Virus record (IMG/VR): IMGVR_UViG_3300042564_002302
Span: 1-64,000 of that record
DNA length: 64,000 nucleotides
Source of the DNA: a virus
Reading direction: 5' to 3' (one strand)
The position numbers were made by a program, and so were the translations under genes. Below are positions 5,225-16,000 of the stretch, one piece after another. Under the pieces are notes generated by a model. That model did not search any database. It was not told the DNA's origin and worked only from the letters and a program-made list of their open reading frames with translations. Numbering within the stretch: the stretch's first letter is position 1; each line of letters starts with the position of its first letter.

Positions 5225-5229
5225 CCCTA

Positions 5230-5304
5230 GGGGATATAGCTTAATCTGGTTAAAGCATTTGTCTTATATACAAACGACTCTGGGTTCAAATCCCAGTATC
5301 CCTA
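5230..5304 (+). tRNA. tRNA-Ile, anticodon UAU
   Basis: acceptor GGGGATA/TATCCCT, D arm GCTT/AAGC, anticodon stem TTTGT/ACAAA with loop CT-TAT-AT, T arm CTGGG-TTCAAAT-CCCAG; CCA not encoded. Confidence 0.85.
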
Positions 5305-5322
5305 CAATGATATAATTATCCT

Positions 5323-5469
5323 ATGCATGATCATGATAATTTTGTAATAGCTACAGGTGGCGGAATAAGTGAGATGACACTTATGTGGATCATCATGGGA
5401 GCTATGGCTATACATCACATTTGGATGTGGCATAAAATGAAATCCAAAAAGTGCAAGTGTAAGAAATGA
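5323..5469 (+). CDS. 48 aa putative membrane peptide, His-containing with basic Cys tail
   Basis: MHDHDNFVIATGGGISEMTLMWIIMGAMAIHHIWMWHKMKSKKCKCKK; TGaTATAAT 6 nt upstream (leaderless). Confidence 0.55.
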   Translation: MHDHDNFVIATGGGISEMTLMWIIMGAMAIHHIWMWHKMKSKKCKCKK

Positions 5470-5543
5470 ATTGGATACAAGCAACAATTATCTTTGGACC
5501 TATAGTGGTTCTATTAATTGCATTTAGAAAAGACATTTTCTAA
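5466..5543 (+). CDS. 25 aa hydrophobic peptide
   Basis: MNWIQATIIFGPIVVLLIAFRKDIF; ATGA overlap with the previous ORF. Confidence 0.45.
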   Translation: MNWIQATIIFGPIVVLLIAFRKDIF

Positions 5544-5946
5544 AAAAAATATTATATTAACATTTCTAAATATCTAATATTTTAGTTGACTAAGATATAT
5601 ATGATATATATTCTAGTTGACTAAGATTTATGTTCTTTTAAATGACGATTATATGTCATATAAGCAAAGTCTGATCTGACTTGAATTTCTTTCTTACATA
5701 TCTCACATACTATAACCTTCAAAAGAGTATCCTTTCAAAATGGAACGGCAGCTAGAGCTTTAGCTCTCTTGGCTCATAGAGGCATATAAGCCCAATTAGA
5801 ACCATATATATCTAAAAGTACTATAGTGAGCAATGCCACAGTATATCTAAAAAGGCCTTGGAAGCCAATATTAGGAACTTTTAGCCTTAGAGGGTACTCA
5901 TCTATCAGAATGATAGAGTTTGGTACCTTAGAAGGCCATATAGAAT

Positions 5947-6162
5947 TTATTCTTCGGAATTAAGACTAGGTTCTGGACCTAATAGATTTCCCTGTCTATG
6001 TTGATCAAGTAATGTCATGAGTTCCTCGCCTTTTCCGACTCCGTCTGCTATTAAGCAGAGAACGTCGTATATGCGAGATAGCATGATATATGTGACAATA
6101 CCGATATTATCATCAATTGATCCTGGTTGACTAAGATTGTCTTCTGGCGCCGAATCACTCAT
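5947..6162 (-). CDS. hypothetical protein
   Basis: ORF track; overlaps thyX stop. Confidence 0.7.
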   Translation of the reverse strand: MSDSAPEDNLSQPGSIDDNIGIVTYIMLSRIYDVLCLIADGVGKGEELMTLLDQHRQGNLLGPEPSLNSEE

Positions 6163-6850
6163 TTTCGAACACTACCTTATAAGTTTCAGGAAATGAATCC
6201 TTAGTTAGTTCTTTAACAGCTCTAGCATATTCCTGGATCTCAAACTGTGCATCATGTTCTAGTCTCTGCTCTAGGAAGTTTAATACTCCATGTAGAGATG
6301 TTGTCCAACGCCAGCGCACATACATTGAATATGCTGGAAGAAGCATACGAGCAAGTTCTGGAGCAATTCCATCTTCTAGAGCCTCGTGATATTTAGATTC
6401 TCCAAAATCAATGATATGACGCAAAGCCTGTGTGTATTTTGCGCCGATCACTACATTGACAGGTTCCGCCGAGCCCTGCTTAGAGTTTTCTGGAGCTCCA
6501 CGCCATTCATCTGGCAGTGGAAGATAGAAATGTTCCTTCTCTGTAATGTATCGTCGTGAAGATTCATTCCAGCCGTTCTGATCATCAATGTGTGTTGATG
6601 AGACAGCATACTTCCACCACTGTCTTGCTACGAAAAGTGGGGCATAGATTTCAAAAGTAACTGCTGCATGTCTAAAAGGACTCGTGTGATTTTCTTTCCA
6701 TAGAAAGCGGAGTAGGTTTGTATCCTTTGGACTTAATTCTTTTGATTCCTTATCGTAGGAAACTCTGGCTGCATTTACAACTGCAAGGTCATCACCCAAA
6801 ACTGAGACGAGTCTGACTGACCCTTTATCTAGTACTTTTAATTGTGTCAT
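6155..6850 (-). CDS. thyX: FAD-dependent thymidylate synthase
   Basis: NAARVSY, HTSPFRH, PLFVARQW, WNESSRRY, ELARMLLP and HDAQFEIQEYA motifs. Confidence 0.95.
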   Translation of the reverse strand: MTQLKVLDKGSVRLVSVLGDDLAVVNAARVSYDKESKELSPKDTNLLRFLWKENHTSPFRHAAVTFEIYAPLFVARQWWKYAVSSTHIDDQNGWNESSRRYITEKEHFYLPLPDEWRGAPENSKQGSAEPVNVVIGAKYTQALRHIIDFGESKYHEALEDGIAPELARMLLPAYSMYVRWRWTTSLHGVLNFLEQRLEHDAQFEIQEYARAVKELTKDSFPETYKVVFENE

Positions 6851-7043
6851 TTAATGCTGCTTTCATTTTATCGTAATGGTTTAGGCCAATATAAATTTTA
6901 TAGTTGCAGGCCAGGCAATATGCAAAAACCTTATCTTCATTATCAAGGTTCGAGTAAAGAATACCATGAAGGCTATCCAAACCGCAAATAAGCTCATCTG
7001 GATAGCGCTTCATGAATTCTCTGACAATTCGAATGTCAATCAA
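6825..7043 (-). CDS. small putative Zn-binding protein (C...H...CxxC)
   Basis: ORF track; LICGLDSLH and YCLAC. Confidence 0.65.
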   Translation of the reverse strand: MIDIRIVREFMKRYPDELICGLDSLHGILYSNLDNEDKVFAYCLACNYKIYIGLNHYDKMKAALNDTIKSTR

Positions 7044-7592
7044 TTATTTTTTAGCTTTCTTGTTTAAGTAAAGCTCTGCATACTGTGCATATGCATCACG
7101 GTACCTAGATTTTCCATAGGTACTCCATGAAGACCAGTCTCGTCCTCCTTGAGACATGTAGAAAGCAATCTTAGCACTCTCTACAGGGTTAAAGAGATCA
7201 GTCTTCTTGTCAAGGTTAAACTTTTCAAGACGGTCCTGTCCTAGGATTCCCAACATGTTGATTTGGAAAATGCCGTAAGAGTTATCTCCTGTTTTTACGT
7301 TACCATTAAACGCCAATGGTCGCCCATTGGATTCTGCTTTTGAAATTGCCCATGCTTCACGGAGGTTAGTTCCTGTAAAGCCAGCAATCTTCAACACTGC
7401 CACTAGATCATCATCGTTCAGTGTAGTAGCTTCAGAAAGAATCTCTTCTTGACTTTTCTGTGCTTCTTGCTGTACAATGTTTTCAGCGGCATATGCCACC
7501 TCTGATTTTGGAGGGATACCTGGGATTAAGACAAGCGCTAGTAAAATACCGCCCAACTTAATCGGGGTCTCGCCCATATTTTGAGTAAACAT
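7044..7592 (-). CDS. secreted/membrane-anchored lytic transglycosylase-like (lysozyme fold) protein
   Basis: N-terminal hydrophobic segment; AES catalytic motif, SYGIFQIN, LFNP, WSSW. Confidence 0.8.
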   Translation of the reverse strand: MFTQNMGETPIKLGGILLALVLIPGIPPKSEVAYAAENIVQQEAQKSQEEILSEATTLNDDDLVAVLKIAGFTGTNLREAWAISKAESNGRPLAFNGNVKTGDNSYGIFQINMLGILGQDRLEKFNLDKKTDLFNPVESAKIAFYMSQGGRDWSSWSTYGKSRYRDAYAQYAELYLNKKAKK

Positions 7593-7599
7593 AAATACT

Positions 7600-7628
7600 A
7601 TCTTAACCTAATTCGGAAGGCCTGTCAA
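7600..7628 (-). promoter_or_regulatory. SigA promoter TTGACA-N17-TAAGAT (leaderless)
   Basis: ATG 7592 lies 7 nt downstream of the -10. Confidence 0.7.
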
Positions 7629-7631
7629 GTC

Positions 7632-8648
7632 ATGATTATAAGTTTTAACACAAACCCAGGAAATTTATCTATTAATACTGGATATGGTTATGCAGGTTTC
7701 CATATGGTAACAAGTTTACAGAAACTAGGATACAAAGTTCCGTATAAATATGACAAAGCACCAGTTCAAATAAGCTTTTGTCAACCACAGTTTTTTGATC
7801 ATAAGTCAAATCAATATCAAATTGGTTATATGCCATGGGAATCTACAGAATTTAAAGAAGGTTGGTTAGAAGAATTAAATTCATGTGATGAAGTTTGGAC
7901 AACTTCTGAATGGTGTAAAAATATTTTTATCAAGGCGGGTATTGAAAAACCTATATATGTATATCATCATGGTATTGAAGATATATGGACACCATTAAAA
8001 AGAACTAGAGGAAATACTTTAAGATTTCTACATGTTGGAGAACCAGCACCTAGAAAAGGTGGACAAATGGTTCTTGAAGCCTTTATGGAAGTTTTTGGAA
8101 ATGATCCAAGTTATCGCCTGACACTAAAAGCTCATAATCAATCAACTCTTAGAAATCATAATAAATATAATAAAAATAATATATTTAATAATATATATAA
8201 TATTAATGATATATCTAATATATATAATAATATATCTATTATAACAAATGAAGTTACTACAAGTCAACTCGTGGGATTATTTCATACTCATCACGCTCTA
8301 TTATATCCATCTTACGGAGAAGGTTTTGGTTTCATTCCGCTTCAAGCACTTGCAACTGGCATGCCAACAATTTGTACTGGAGAATGGGCACCATATAAAA
8401 ATTACTTACACGATCTTGCCGTAGATTCTCAATATGTGGACAGCCCGTGGCACATGATGCACCCTGGACTTGTAGTTGAGCCGTCTTATGAAGATCTTAA
8501 GAGTAAAATGATCAAGGTAGCTGATGACTATGAAACTTACTCAGATAAGTTTTTTGATCAAGCTAAAGCTGTACATGAGGATTACAATTGGTTGCAGTTG
8601 ACCAAGAATGCCTTTAGCAGAATTGAAGAAAAATTTTCTGAAAGCTAG
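7632..8648 (+). CDS. GT4 (group 1) glycosyltransferase
   Basis: PWEST, DEVWTTS, RKGG, YPSYGEGFGFIPLQALATGMPTI; start reassigned to ATG 7632. Confidence 0.85.
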   Translation: MIISFNTNPGNLSINTGYGYAGFHMVTSLQKLGYKVPYKYDKAPVQISFCQPQFFDHKSNQYQIGYMPWESTEFKEGWLEELNSCDEVWTTSEWCKNIFIKAGIEKPIYVYHHGIEDIWTPLKRTRGNTLRFLHVGEPAPRKGGQMVLEAFMEVFGNDPSYRLTLKAHNQSTLRNHNKYNKNNIFNNIYNINDISNIYNNISIITNEVTTSQLVGLFHTHHALLYPSYGEGFGFIPLQALATGMPTICTGEWAPYKNYLHDLAVDSQYVDSPWHMMHPGLVVEPSYEDLKSKMIKVADDYETYSDKFFDQAKAVHEDYNWLQLTKNAFSRIEEKFSES

Positions 8649-8728
8649 ACTTTCTAAAATCTATTTAGTACAATTGGTAATATCACATAACAAACCCATT
8701 AGAGTGGGTCCTAGAGGAGACTTTTAAA

Positions 8729-10660
8729 ATGCAAGAAACAATTCAAAATCCATACGAGAACTTTATCGCTTTGTCAAGATATGCGAGATGGCTTCCAGAA
8801 GACAATCGTCGTGAGACATGGGGAGAAACAGTAGATCGCTTTGTGTCATACATGACAAAGCATCTAAAAGAGAATCATAGCTATGAGCCATCGGCATCAC
8901 TTACCTTAGAAATTAGAGACGCAATTTTTAATCGTGACATTATGCCATCAATGCGTTCTGTTATGACTGCTGGTTCCGCTTTGGATAGAGATAATGTTGC
9001 TGGATACAACTGCTCTTTCTTGCCAGTCGATTCACTTCGTTCTTTTGACGAAGCAATGTACATTTTGATGTGCGGTACTGGTGTTGGATTCTCTGTCGAA
9101 TCAGTTTATGTTGATAAGCTTCCAATTGTTAATGAGCATTTTGAAAAGTCTAGTACAGTTATTGTTGTTGAAGATTCAAAAGCTGGTTGGGCAAAAGCAC
9201 TTCGTGAGTTGCTTGCACTTCTATGGCAGGGACAAATTCCTACATGGGATGTTTCTCAAGTAAGACCAGCAGGAGCACGTCTTAAGACATTTGGTGGTCG
9301 TGCATCAGGTCCAGAGCCATTGGTAAATCTTTTTGAGTTCTGCGTTACAACAGTAAAGCATGCAGCTGGAAGAAAGCTTCGTCCTATTGAAGCACATGAC
9401 ATTATGTGTAAGGTTGGAGAGGTTGTTGTAGTAGGTGGAGTTCGTCGTTCTGCACTTATCTCACTTTCTGATCTTCGTGATAACGATATGGCTAAAGCAA
9501 AAGCTGGAGCATGGTGGGAAGCAACAGGACATCGTGCACTTGCAAATAATTCAGTAGCATATGCTGATCGTCCTTCGATGTCAGACTTCATTGCAGAGTG
9601 GAAGAATCTTTATGACTCAAAGTCTGGAGAGCGTGGAATTTATAATATCAAGGCTGCACAGAAGCAGGCTGCAAAGTATGGTCGTCGTGATGAGTCAATT
9701 CGTTATGGAACAAATCCTTGCTCAGAAATTATTTTGCGTCCTTATCAGTTCTGCAACCTATCCGAAATCATTGTCAGAGAAGAAGATACGGAAAAGACAC
9801 TTGCACGTAAGGTAGAGCTTGCTACTATTCTTGGAACATGGCAGTCAACACTTACTAACTTTAAGTACCTAAGAAAAATATGGAAAGAAAACACAGAAGA
9901 AGAAAGACTGCTTGGTGTTTCTATCACTGGACAATTTGGCAATGAACTAATGTCTGGCAAGAAGGGTATGGATAAGCTTTCAGACATTCTAAACACTCTT
10001 CGTGAACTTGCAGTATCTACAAACGTAGATGAAGCTGGAAAGATTGGTATTAACCCATCTGCTGCAGTTACCTGTGTTAAGCCTTCTGGTACCGTCTCAC
10101 AGCTTACTGGAGTATCTTCTGGAATGCATCCATGGCACAACGATTATTATATTCGTACGGTTCGTGGAGACAAGAAAGATCCACTTACTCAATTTCTTAT
10201 CGAAGCTGGAGTTCCAGCAGAAGATGATTTTATGAATCCTACACAAACAAAGGTATTCTCATTTCCAATTAAGGCACCAAAGGGAGCAGTTCTTAGAAAT
10301 GACCTAACTGCAATTGAGCACCTTAATATTTGGCTTACATATCAAAGAGCATGGTGTGAGCATAAGCCTTCTATTACCGTTTCTGTTCGTGAAGAAGAGT
10401 GGATGGAAGTAGGAGCTTGGGTTTGGGAGCACTTTGACGAAGTTTCTGGAATCTCATTCTTGCCTTATTCAGATCATACATATAAGCAGGCCCCATATCA
10501 GGATGCAACGGAAGAAGAATACCTTGCTGCAGTGGCAAAGATGCCAGAGCAAATTATGTGGTCTCTTCTTAGCATGTATGAGACAGAAGACACTACTTCT
10601 GGAACTCAAAATCTAGCATGCTCTGCAGATGCAGGCTGTGAAGTGGTTGATATTAGTTAA
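8729..10660 (+). CDS. nrdJ: class II (adenosylcobalamin-dependent) ribonucleotide reductase, monomeric RTPR type
   Basis: YNC, GTGVGF, GGVRRSA, TNPCSEI, CNLSE, KPSGTVS, C-terminal CxxxxxC; no beta subunit adjacent. Confidence 0.92.
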   Translation: MQETIQNPYENFIALSRYARWLPEDNRRETWGETVDRFVSYMTKHLKENHSYEPSASLTLEIRDAIFNRDIMPSMRSVMTAGSALDRDNVAGYNCSFLPVDSLRSFDEAMYILMCGTGVGFSVESVYVDKLPIVNEHFEKSSTVIVVEDSKAGWAKALRELLALLWQGQIPTWDVSQVRPAGARLKTFGGRASGPEPLVNLFEFCVTTVKHAAGRKLRPIEAHDIMCKVGEVVVVGGVRRSALISLSDLRDNDMAKAKAGAWWEATGHRALANNSVAYADRPSMSDFIAEWKNLYDSKSGERGIYNIKAAQKQAAKYGRRDESIRYGTNPCSEIILRPYQFCNLSEIIVREEDTEKTLARKVELATILGTWQSTLTNFKYLRKIWKENTEEERLLGVSITGQFGNELMSGKKGMDKLSDILNTLRELAVSTNVDEAGKIGINPSAAVTCVKPSGTVSQLTGVSSGMHPWHNDYYIRTVRGDKKDPLTQFLIEAGVPAEDDFMNPTQTKVFSFPIKAPKGAVLRNDLTAIEHLNIWLTYQRAWCEHKPSITVSVREEEWMEVGAWVWEHFDEVSGISFLPYSDHTYKQAPYQDATEEEYLAAVAKMPEQIMWSLLSMYETEDTTSGTQNLACSADAGCEVVDIS

Positions 10661-10704
10661 GACCGCTTGTGTGATAAAATTAAGTTATATCACCAGGAGA
10701 TTTC

Positions 10705-11052
10705 ATGTCTTTTATCACTAAGAATTTTAATGTAGATCAAGGCTCTACTTTTACCTTTTCCATAGTATGGAAAGATGGTAATGACCAGCCAATTGATGTA
10801 ACTGGATACTCTGCAAAAATGCAGGCTAGAGATTCTCAAGGCGGAAAGATACTTGCTTTTACACTTACTCACACAGATGGCATAGTAGTTGGTGGTTCAA
10901 ATGGAACTATATCAGTTACTATAAGCCCAGAGAGAACAAACAAGTTAATATTCCCAAAGACATTCTACGATATTCTTATAACCTCACCTTCTGGCACAAA
11001 AACCAGAATCCTTGAGGGAGTAATTACTCCAAATAGGGCGGTAACAGTTTAA
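10705..11052 (+). CDS. virion structural protein (Ig/BppU-N-like adaptor)
   Basis: DQGSTF...IDVTGYSAKMQ.R...YD...RILEG pattern; first gene of the fibre block. Confidence 0.6.
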   Translation: MSFITKNFNVDQGSTFTFSIVWKDGNDQPIDVTGYSAKMQARDSQGGKILAFTLTHTDGIVVGGSNGTISVTISPERTNKLIFPKTFYDILITSPSGTKTRILEGVITPNRAVTV

Positions 11053-11534
11053 TGGCTGAAACAATTATAGTAACAGAAATCAATCAGACAGTTCAGGTTG
11101 ATGAAAATACTACTGTAATTCAAATAGCAACAACTGGACCACAAGGTCCATCTGGAAGAACTATCCTAAATGGGTCAGGTAATCCAAATGATGCTCTTGG
11201 AGCCATTGGAGACTTTTACTACGATACTACTGGGTATAAATTTTGGGGACCAAAGATATCTACAGGAAATGGATCATCTACAGGAACCTGGATTGGCTCA
11301 ACTGTAATACCATTTAATGAACCAGTAGCTTTTGAGTATAGCTGGGATTCTATGACTTTACATCAGTCTGGAGAGTATAGAGTAGTAATAAACCACGGGC
11401 TTAACTTCCGTCCAAATGTTACTGTTAAGACCTCTGGCGGTGCTGTATTAGAGACTGGTATAGAGTATAATAATCTTAGTACACTTACTTTATCAGCAAG
11501 TGCAAATTTTAGTGGGACAGCGTACCTGTCTTAA
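11052..11534 (+). CDS. fibre-associated structural protein (short GPQGPSG, G.IGDFYYD, HGLNFRPNV)
   Basis: motifs typical of phage fibre proteins. Confidence 0.6.
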   Translation: MAETIIVTEINQTVQVDENTTVIQIATTGPQGPSGRTILNGSGNPNDALGAIGDFYYDTTGYKFWGPKISTGNGSSTGTWIGSTVIPFNEPVAFEYSWDSMTLHQSGEYRVVINHGLNFRPNVTVKTSGGAVLETGIEYNNLSTLTLSASANFSGTAYLS

Positions 11535-11546
11535 CGAGGAGTTATA

Positions 11547-13040
11547 ATGGCAAGACTATTTGCTGTAAATATTGATCTAGCAAAAAATCAACTTATCAAT
11601 GCTAGAGTCCATAACGCTGCAGCTTCAACAGATATATCTAACCCAGGCGTTGGTCAGCTTTACTACAATACAACAGATAACTTCCTATACTTCTGGAACG
11701 GCACCACATGGCTAAGAGCCTCTGGTGATTTTGGTGCTGGTGGAGAAACATCAGCAATTAGATTTAATGCTACAGAGTCAGATGGTACATCGCTTGCTGT
11801 AGCTCGTGCAGATCATACACATGAGATGCCAGATGTGCTTGGCACAACAAACCAGATTACAGTAACTAAAGATGCTACAACTGGGGATGCAACATTCTCT
11901 CTTCCTAATGATGTAACTGTACAAGGAAATATCTCTGCTGCTACATTTACTGGTTCCTTTACTGGAAATGCAGATACAGCATCTAAGTTAAAAGATGCTA
12001 GAGAGATTAAGCTTACTGGTGATGTAACTGGTTCTGTAAACTTTGATGGTTCCGCAAATGTTGAAATTGCAGCTACAGTTGCTCCAAATTCTGTAGCACT
12101 TGGTGATGATACAACTGGATCATTCGTACAGACAGTATCTGTAAGTGGAAATGGTCTTTCAAAGACTGGTGGAGTTGGCGAAAAAGAAGATATAACAATT
12201 TCTTCAAATGCTACCTATCTTTCAACACCAGAAACAATAGTATTCCGTGACTCAGAGGGTGACTTTGAAGCTCACGACATTACAGCTAATAAGGTAATTA
12301 TTACTGGAACCCCAACTTCTGCTACAGATGCAGTGACTAAGGGTTATGTAGATGGGCTAAAGCAAGGCCTTGATGTTAAAGACTCAGTAAAACTTGCAAC
12401 AACAGTAAATATTGCACTTGACAACACAACTACAGCAGTAGATGGTGTATCAATTGTTACTGGAGATAGAATTCTTGTAAAGAATCAAGATACTGGATCC
12501 CAGAACGGCGTATATGTTGCTAGCACAACTGGAGCATGGTCAAGAGCAGAAGATTTTGTTCAAGGTAAAGTATCTGCAGGAGCATTTTTCTTTGTAGAGG
12601 CTGGTAACCTAAACGGCAATAATGGTTTTACGCTAACTACAGATGATCCAATCTCAATTGGCAATACAGCACTAACATTTACTCAGTTCTCAGGAGCTGG
12701 TCAGGTAATTGATGGCGACGGTATTAATAAGAACGGAAATACACTTTCTGTAAATGTTGGAACTGGTATAGTAATTGAAACAGATGCTGTTTCTATTGAT
12801 AAAACAGTAGTAGTTCGTAAGGTAATTGGAACTATTCCAGCAGCTTCAACAGGAACTCAATTTGATATTGGACATAACTTAAATAATGCATATCCAGTAG
12901 TTCAAGTATTTAGAGCTTCTAACGGTACTCTTGTAGAAACCGATGTTGAAAGCGTTGATGCAAATACAACTAAAATTAGAGTAGCAACTGCACCTGCAGA
13001 TCTCGGTCTAGGAGACCTTAAAGTAGTAATTCACGGATAG
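11547..13040 (+). CDS. tail/head fibre protein
   Basis: GQLYYNT..W repeat, ARADHTH, GNADTASKL, DAVTKGYVD, DVKDSVKLATT...RILVKNQ...NGVY. Confidence 0.75.
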   Translation: MARLFAVNIDLAKNQLINARVHNAAASTDISNPGVGQLYYNTTDNFLYFWNGTTWLRASGDFGAGGETSAIRFNATESDGTSLAVARADHTHEMPDVLGTTNQITVTKDATTGDATFSLPNDVTVQGNISAATFTGSFTGNADTASKLKDAREIKLTGDVTGSVNFDGSANVEIAATVAPNSVALGDDTTGSFVQTVSVSGNGLSKTGGVGEKEDITISSNATYLSTPETIVFRDSEGDFEAHDITANKVIITGTPTSATDAVTKGYVDGLKQGLDVKDSVKLATTVNIALDNTTTAVDGVSIVTGDRILVKNQDTGSQNGVYVASTTGAWSRAEDFVQGKVSAGAFFFVEAGNLNGNNGFTLTTDDPISIGNTALTFTQFSGAGQVIDGDGINKNGNTLSVNVGTGIVIETDAVSIDKTVVVRKVIGTIPAASTGTQFDIGHNLNNAYPVVQVFRASNGTLVETDVESVDANTTKIRVATAPADLGLGDLKVVIHG

Positions 13041-13049
13041 GAGTAGTAA

Positions 13050-16000
13050 ATGGCTAAACAGTTCCTATCTACAGTTGCCCTACCTAGTTTAGAACAAAGC
13101 CCAGATGGTACATATCCTGGTGAGCTTTATTATAATTCTACAGACAGCACAGTCTACACATTTGATGGTATAAATTGGGGTCCAGTTTCTGTTGACTACC
13201 TAAAACAGATGTTTGTTGGTGGATCACACTCTGGAATAGATGTTTCATATAATGCAGCAACAAATACCTTAGATTTAAAATTAGAATCTATAGAATATTC
13301 ACAAGAGCCATCTGGATTTCCAGATAGAACCACTACATCAATATCATATAGCGCTCCATCTAGAACTTTTTCTATAGGGCCAAATGCAAATGAGGGTAAC
13401 TCAGAGTTTGAAGTATTTATTGCTGGGAAAAAGGTTGTAAAGACTACACAAGAGTCCGTAACTCTCCCAGATCAGCCAGGAATATATTATATATACTATA
13501 ACAATAACTATGTTTTAACGTATAGCACTACTGTATTTGACTTTCAATATGATGTTCCAGTTTCAGTAGTTGTTTTAGGACAAAGCCTCGAACCATTAAC
13601 AGTTACCGATGAAAGACATGGAATTGTTATGGATTGGGCAACACATTATTATCTTCATAGAGTTAATGGTACTCAGATAGTAAATGGTGGATTTAATGCT
13701 GGGAACTATACACTTGGCGGAGACGGAACAAACGACTCGCAAGCAAAGCTATCAATAGGAAATGGAACTATCTTTGATGAGGATAATCAGTTTTCTATTA
13801 CACATAGTGATAATCCTGCAGGATATTATGAACAGTATCTAAATCCAAACACAAGGCTTCCAGTATTTTACAGGCTTAACGGTTCATGGGAAAAATCTGG
13901 AATTACAGACTATGCATTTTACTCAGTAGATGGTGTACCACAGATAAATGCTGTTTCTGGATCTACATGGTCACTTTTACCAGAAACAAACAACAAATAT
14001 TTTGCATCATATATAGTAGCAACAAATAGCATAACTTATCCAATTATTGCAATAATGGGACAGAGGTCTGACAACAACATAGGAAATGCAATTGCAAATA
14101 ATAACTTTGCAGACCTAGACCTATCTGGACTTCCAGAAGTTGAGTTTGCTCCACTTTATAGAGTTATTTATAAGTATAATACAGGGTTTACAAGTACATC
14201 TAAGGTTATTATAGAAGATGTATCAAGCATTAAAAAATCTAGCGGATCAAGCGCATCTTCTGTGTCAAGTAATGATCATGGAAATCTTGTAGGGCTAAAC
14301 GATGATGATCATATTCAGTATATACATATTTCTAATCCAAGAACCATAACAGCAGCACATACTTTCAACAATACTGGTGCACCGTTTGTACTTGGACCAA
14401 ATTCATCTGGACAGCTTGTTATTGGATTAAACTCAGAAAAACTTGGCGGTAAGACTTTATCTGAAGTTGAGCATACAGCATTTGGCTATGCACAAGATGC
14501 ACAATCGGCAGCTTTAGCTGCTGCAAAGGGCTATACAGACCAGGAGATAGCAGATCTTGTAGGAACTGCACCTAACCTTTTAAATACCCTTGGTGAGCTA
14601 TCAGATGCCCTAAATGACGATGCCAATTTTGCAGCCACAGTAACCTCAGCACTTGCAGGAAAAGCTTCAACAACACATACACATGCAGCCTCTTCAATAA
14701 CTAATTTTTCAGAAGAAGTTCAAGATGCAGCGGCATCATTATTTACTCACTTAAATCACAATAATATAACAGCAACATATGATGATGTAACAAATCAGAT
14801 AGTATTTACAGCAACAGCTCAGTTAACACAAGAGCAGGTTCAAGATTTTGTATCCCCACTTCTTGTTCATAACAACCACACAAATATTCAGGCAGCATAT
14901 GATGATGACAATAATCAATTAGTTCTTGAGGCAATAATTCCTCCATCAAAGGCTATCATGTCTGCTGCCGCTCCTTCAACTCCAGCAAATGGAGAGTTTT
15001 GGTTTGACCTAGATGAGTTTAGAAGTGGATCAACAAAAGCACTAAAGATATATAATGCTTTCCCACCAGCATACTTGGGCGCATATAATAATGGTGCAGA
15101 TTATTATCCTGGAGATATAGTTTCATATAATGGATCTTTCTATATAAGAATTTTAGAGCCAAATCCTGGATACCCACCTGGAACACCTTATTGGGAAGCA
15201 TATACATTTACACCTGGTTGGGAGTATGTAAGCTCTAACCTATCTTTGTCAACTACAAATGTGTGGACTGCAAAAAATACATTTAATAACGGCGTAATTA
15301 TTGGCCTAAACTCAGCACCTACCGCCCCAGTGCTTGGACAAATTTACTATGATTCAACAACGCTTAAGCTAAGAGCATACAATGGAACAGCTTGGGTAAA
15401 TATAGAAGGCGGCGGCGGTGGCGGCGGAGCAGCATTTGATCTAGTATCAACAGATACATCAGCAGTTCCAGCAATTATGTTCTTTGGTGCAGCAGCACCA
15501 ACAACTGCTCCAAATACTGGAGATATCTGGATAGATATAGACGATGTTGTTGGAGAATCAGAATATATTCACGTAGGTCCAGATGCACCTTCAAACTTTG
15601 GATCAAATACACTGTGGGTTGATACAGATGAAGTAAATGGCCCACTAATATATTCAGATGAAGATCCACCAACATCAACTCCAACAGAAGGAGACTTTTG
15701 GGTAGATCTAGATGATCTTGCAGGGCAACTTGTTGCAGTTGGGTCATCAGCTCCAGACGAGGACACCACAACACTTTGGATTGATACAACAACAGAAGAA
15801 GGTTTAGAAAACTTTACTATAAAGAACGTATTTGAGGGAAATAGATCTGTCTACTCGACATACTCCGCTTTACCAAACCCAGCAACCCACGGCGGAATGA
15901 TTGCATTTGTTGAGTCTGAGCAACAGTTTTATTTAGCATTTTCAGATGTTCCAAATTTAGTTGCTGGAACAACATTTACTGTTACTAAAACAGAATCACC

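Noticed and set aside
5302-5487. Minus-strand 61 aa ORF from the track
   Set aside because: Overlaps the tRNA end and better-supported + strand peptides that have a promoter.
8881-10616. Antisense and alternate-frame ORFs inside nrdJ (likewise inside the fibre, protease and TMP genes)
   Set aside because: Shadow ORFs of strongly biased coding sequence with no SD or recognisable motifs.
8729-10660. Intron or intein in the ribonucleotide reductase
   Set aside because: Continuous 643-aa ORF with motifs at normal spacing.
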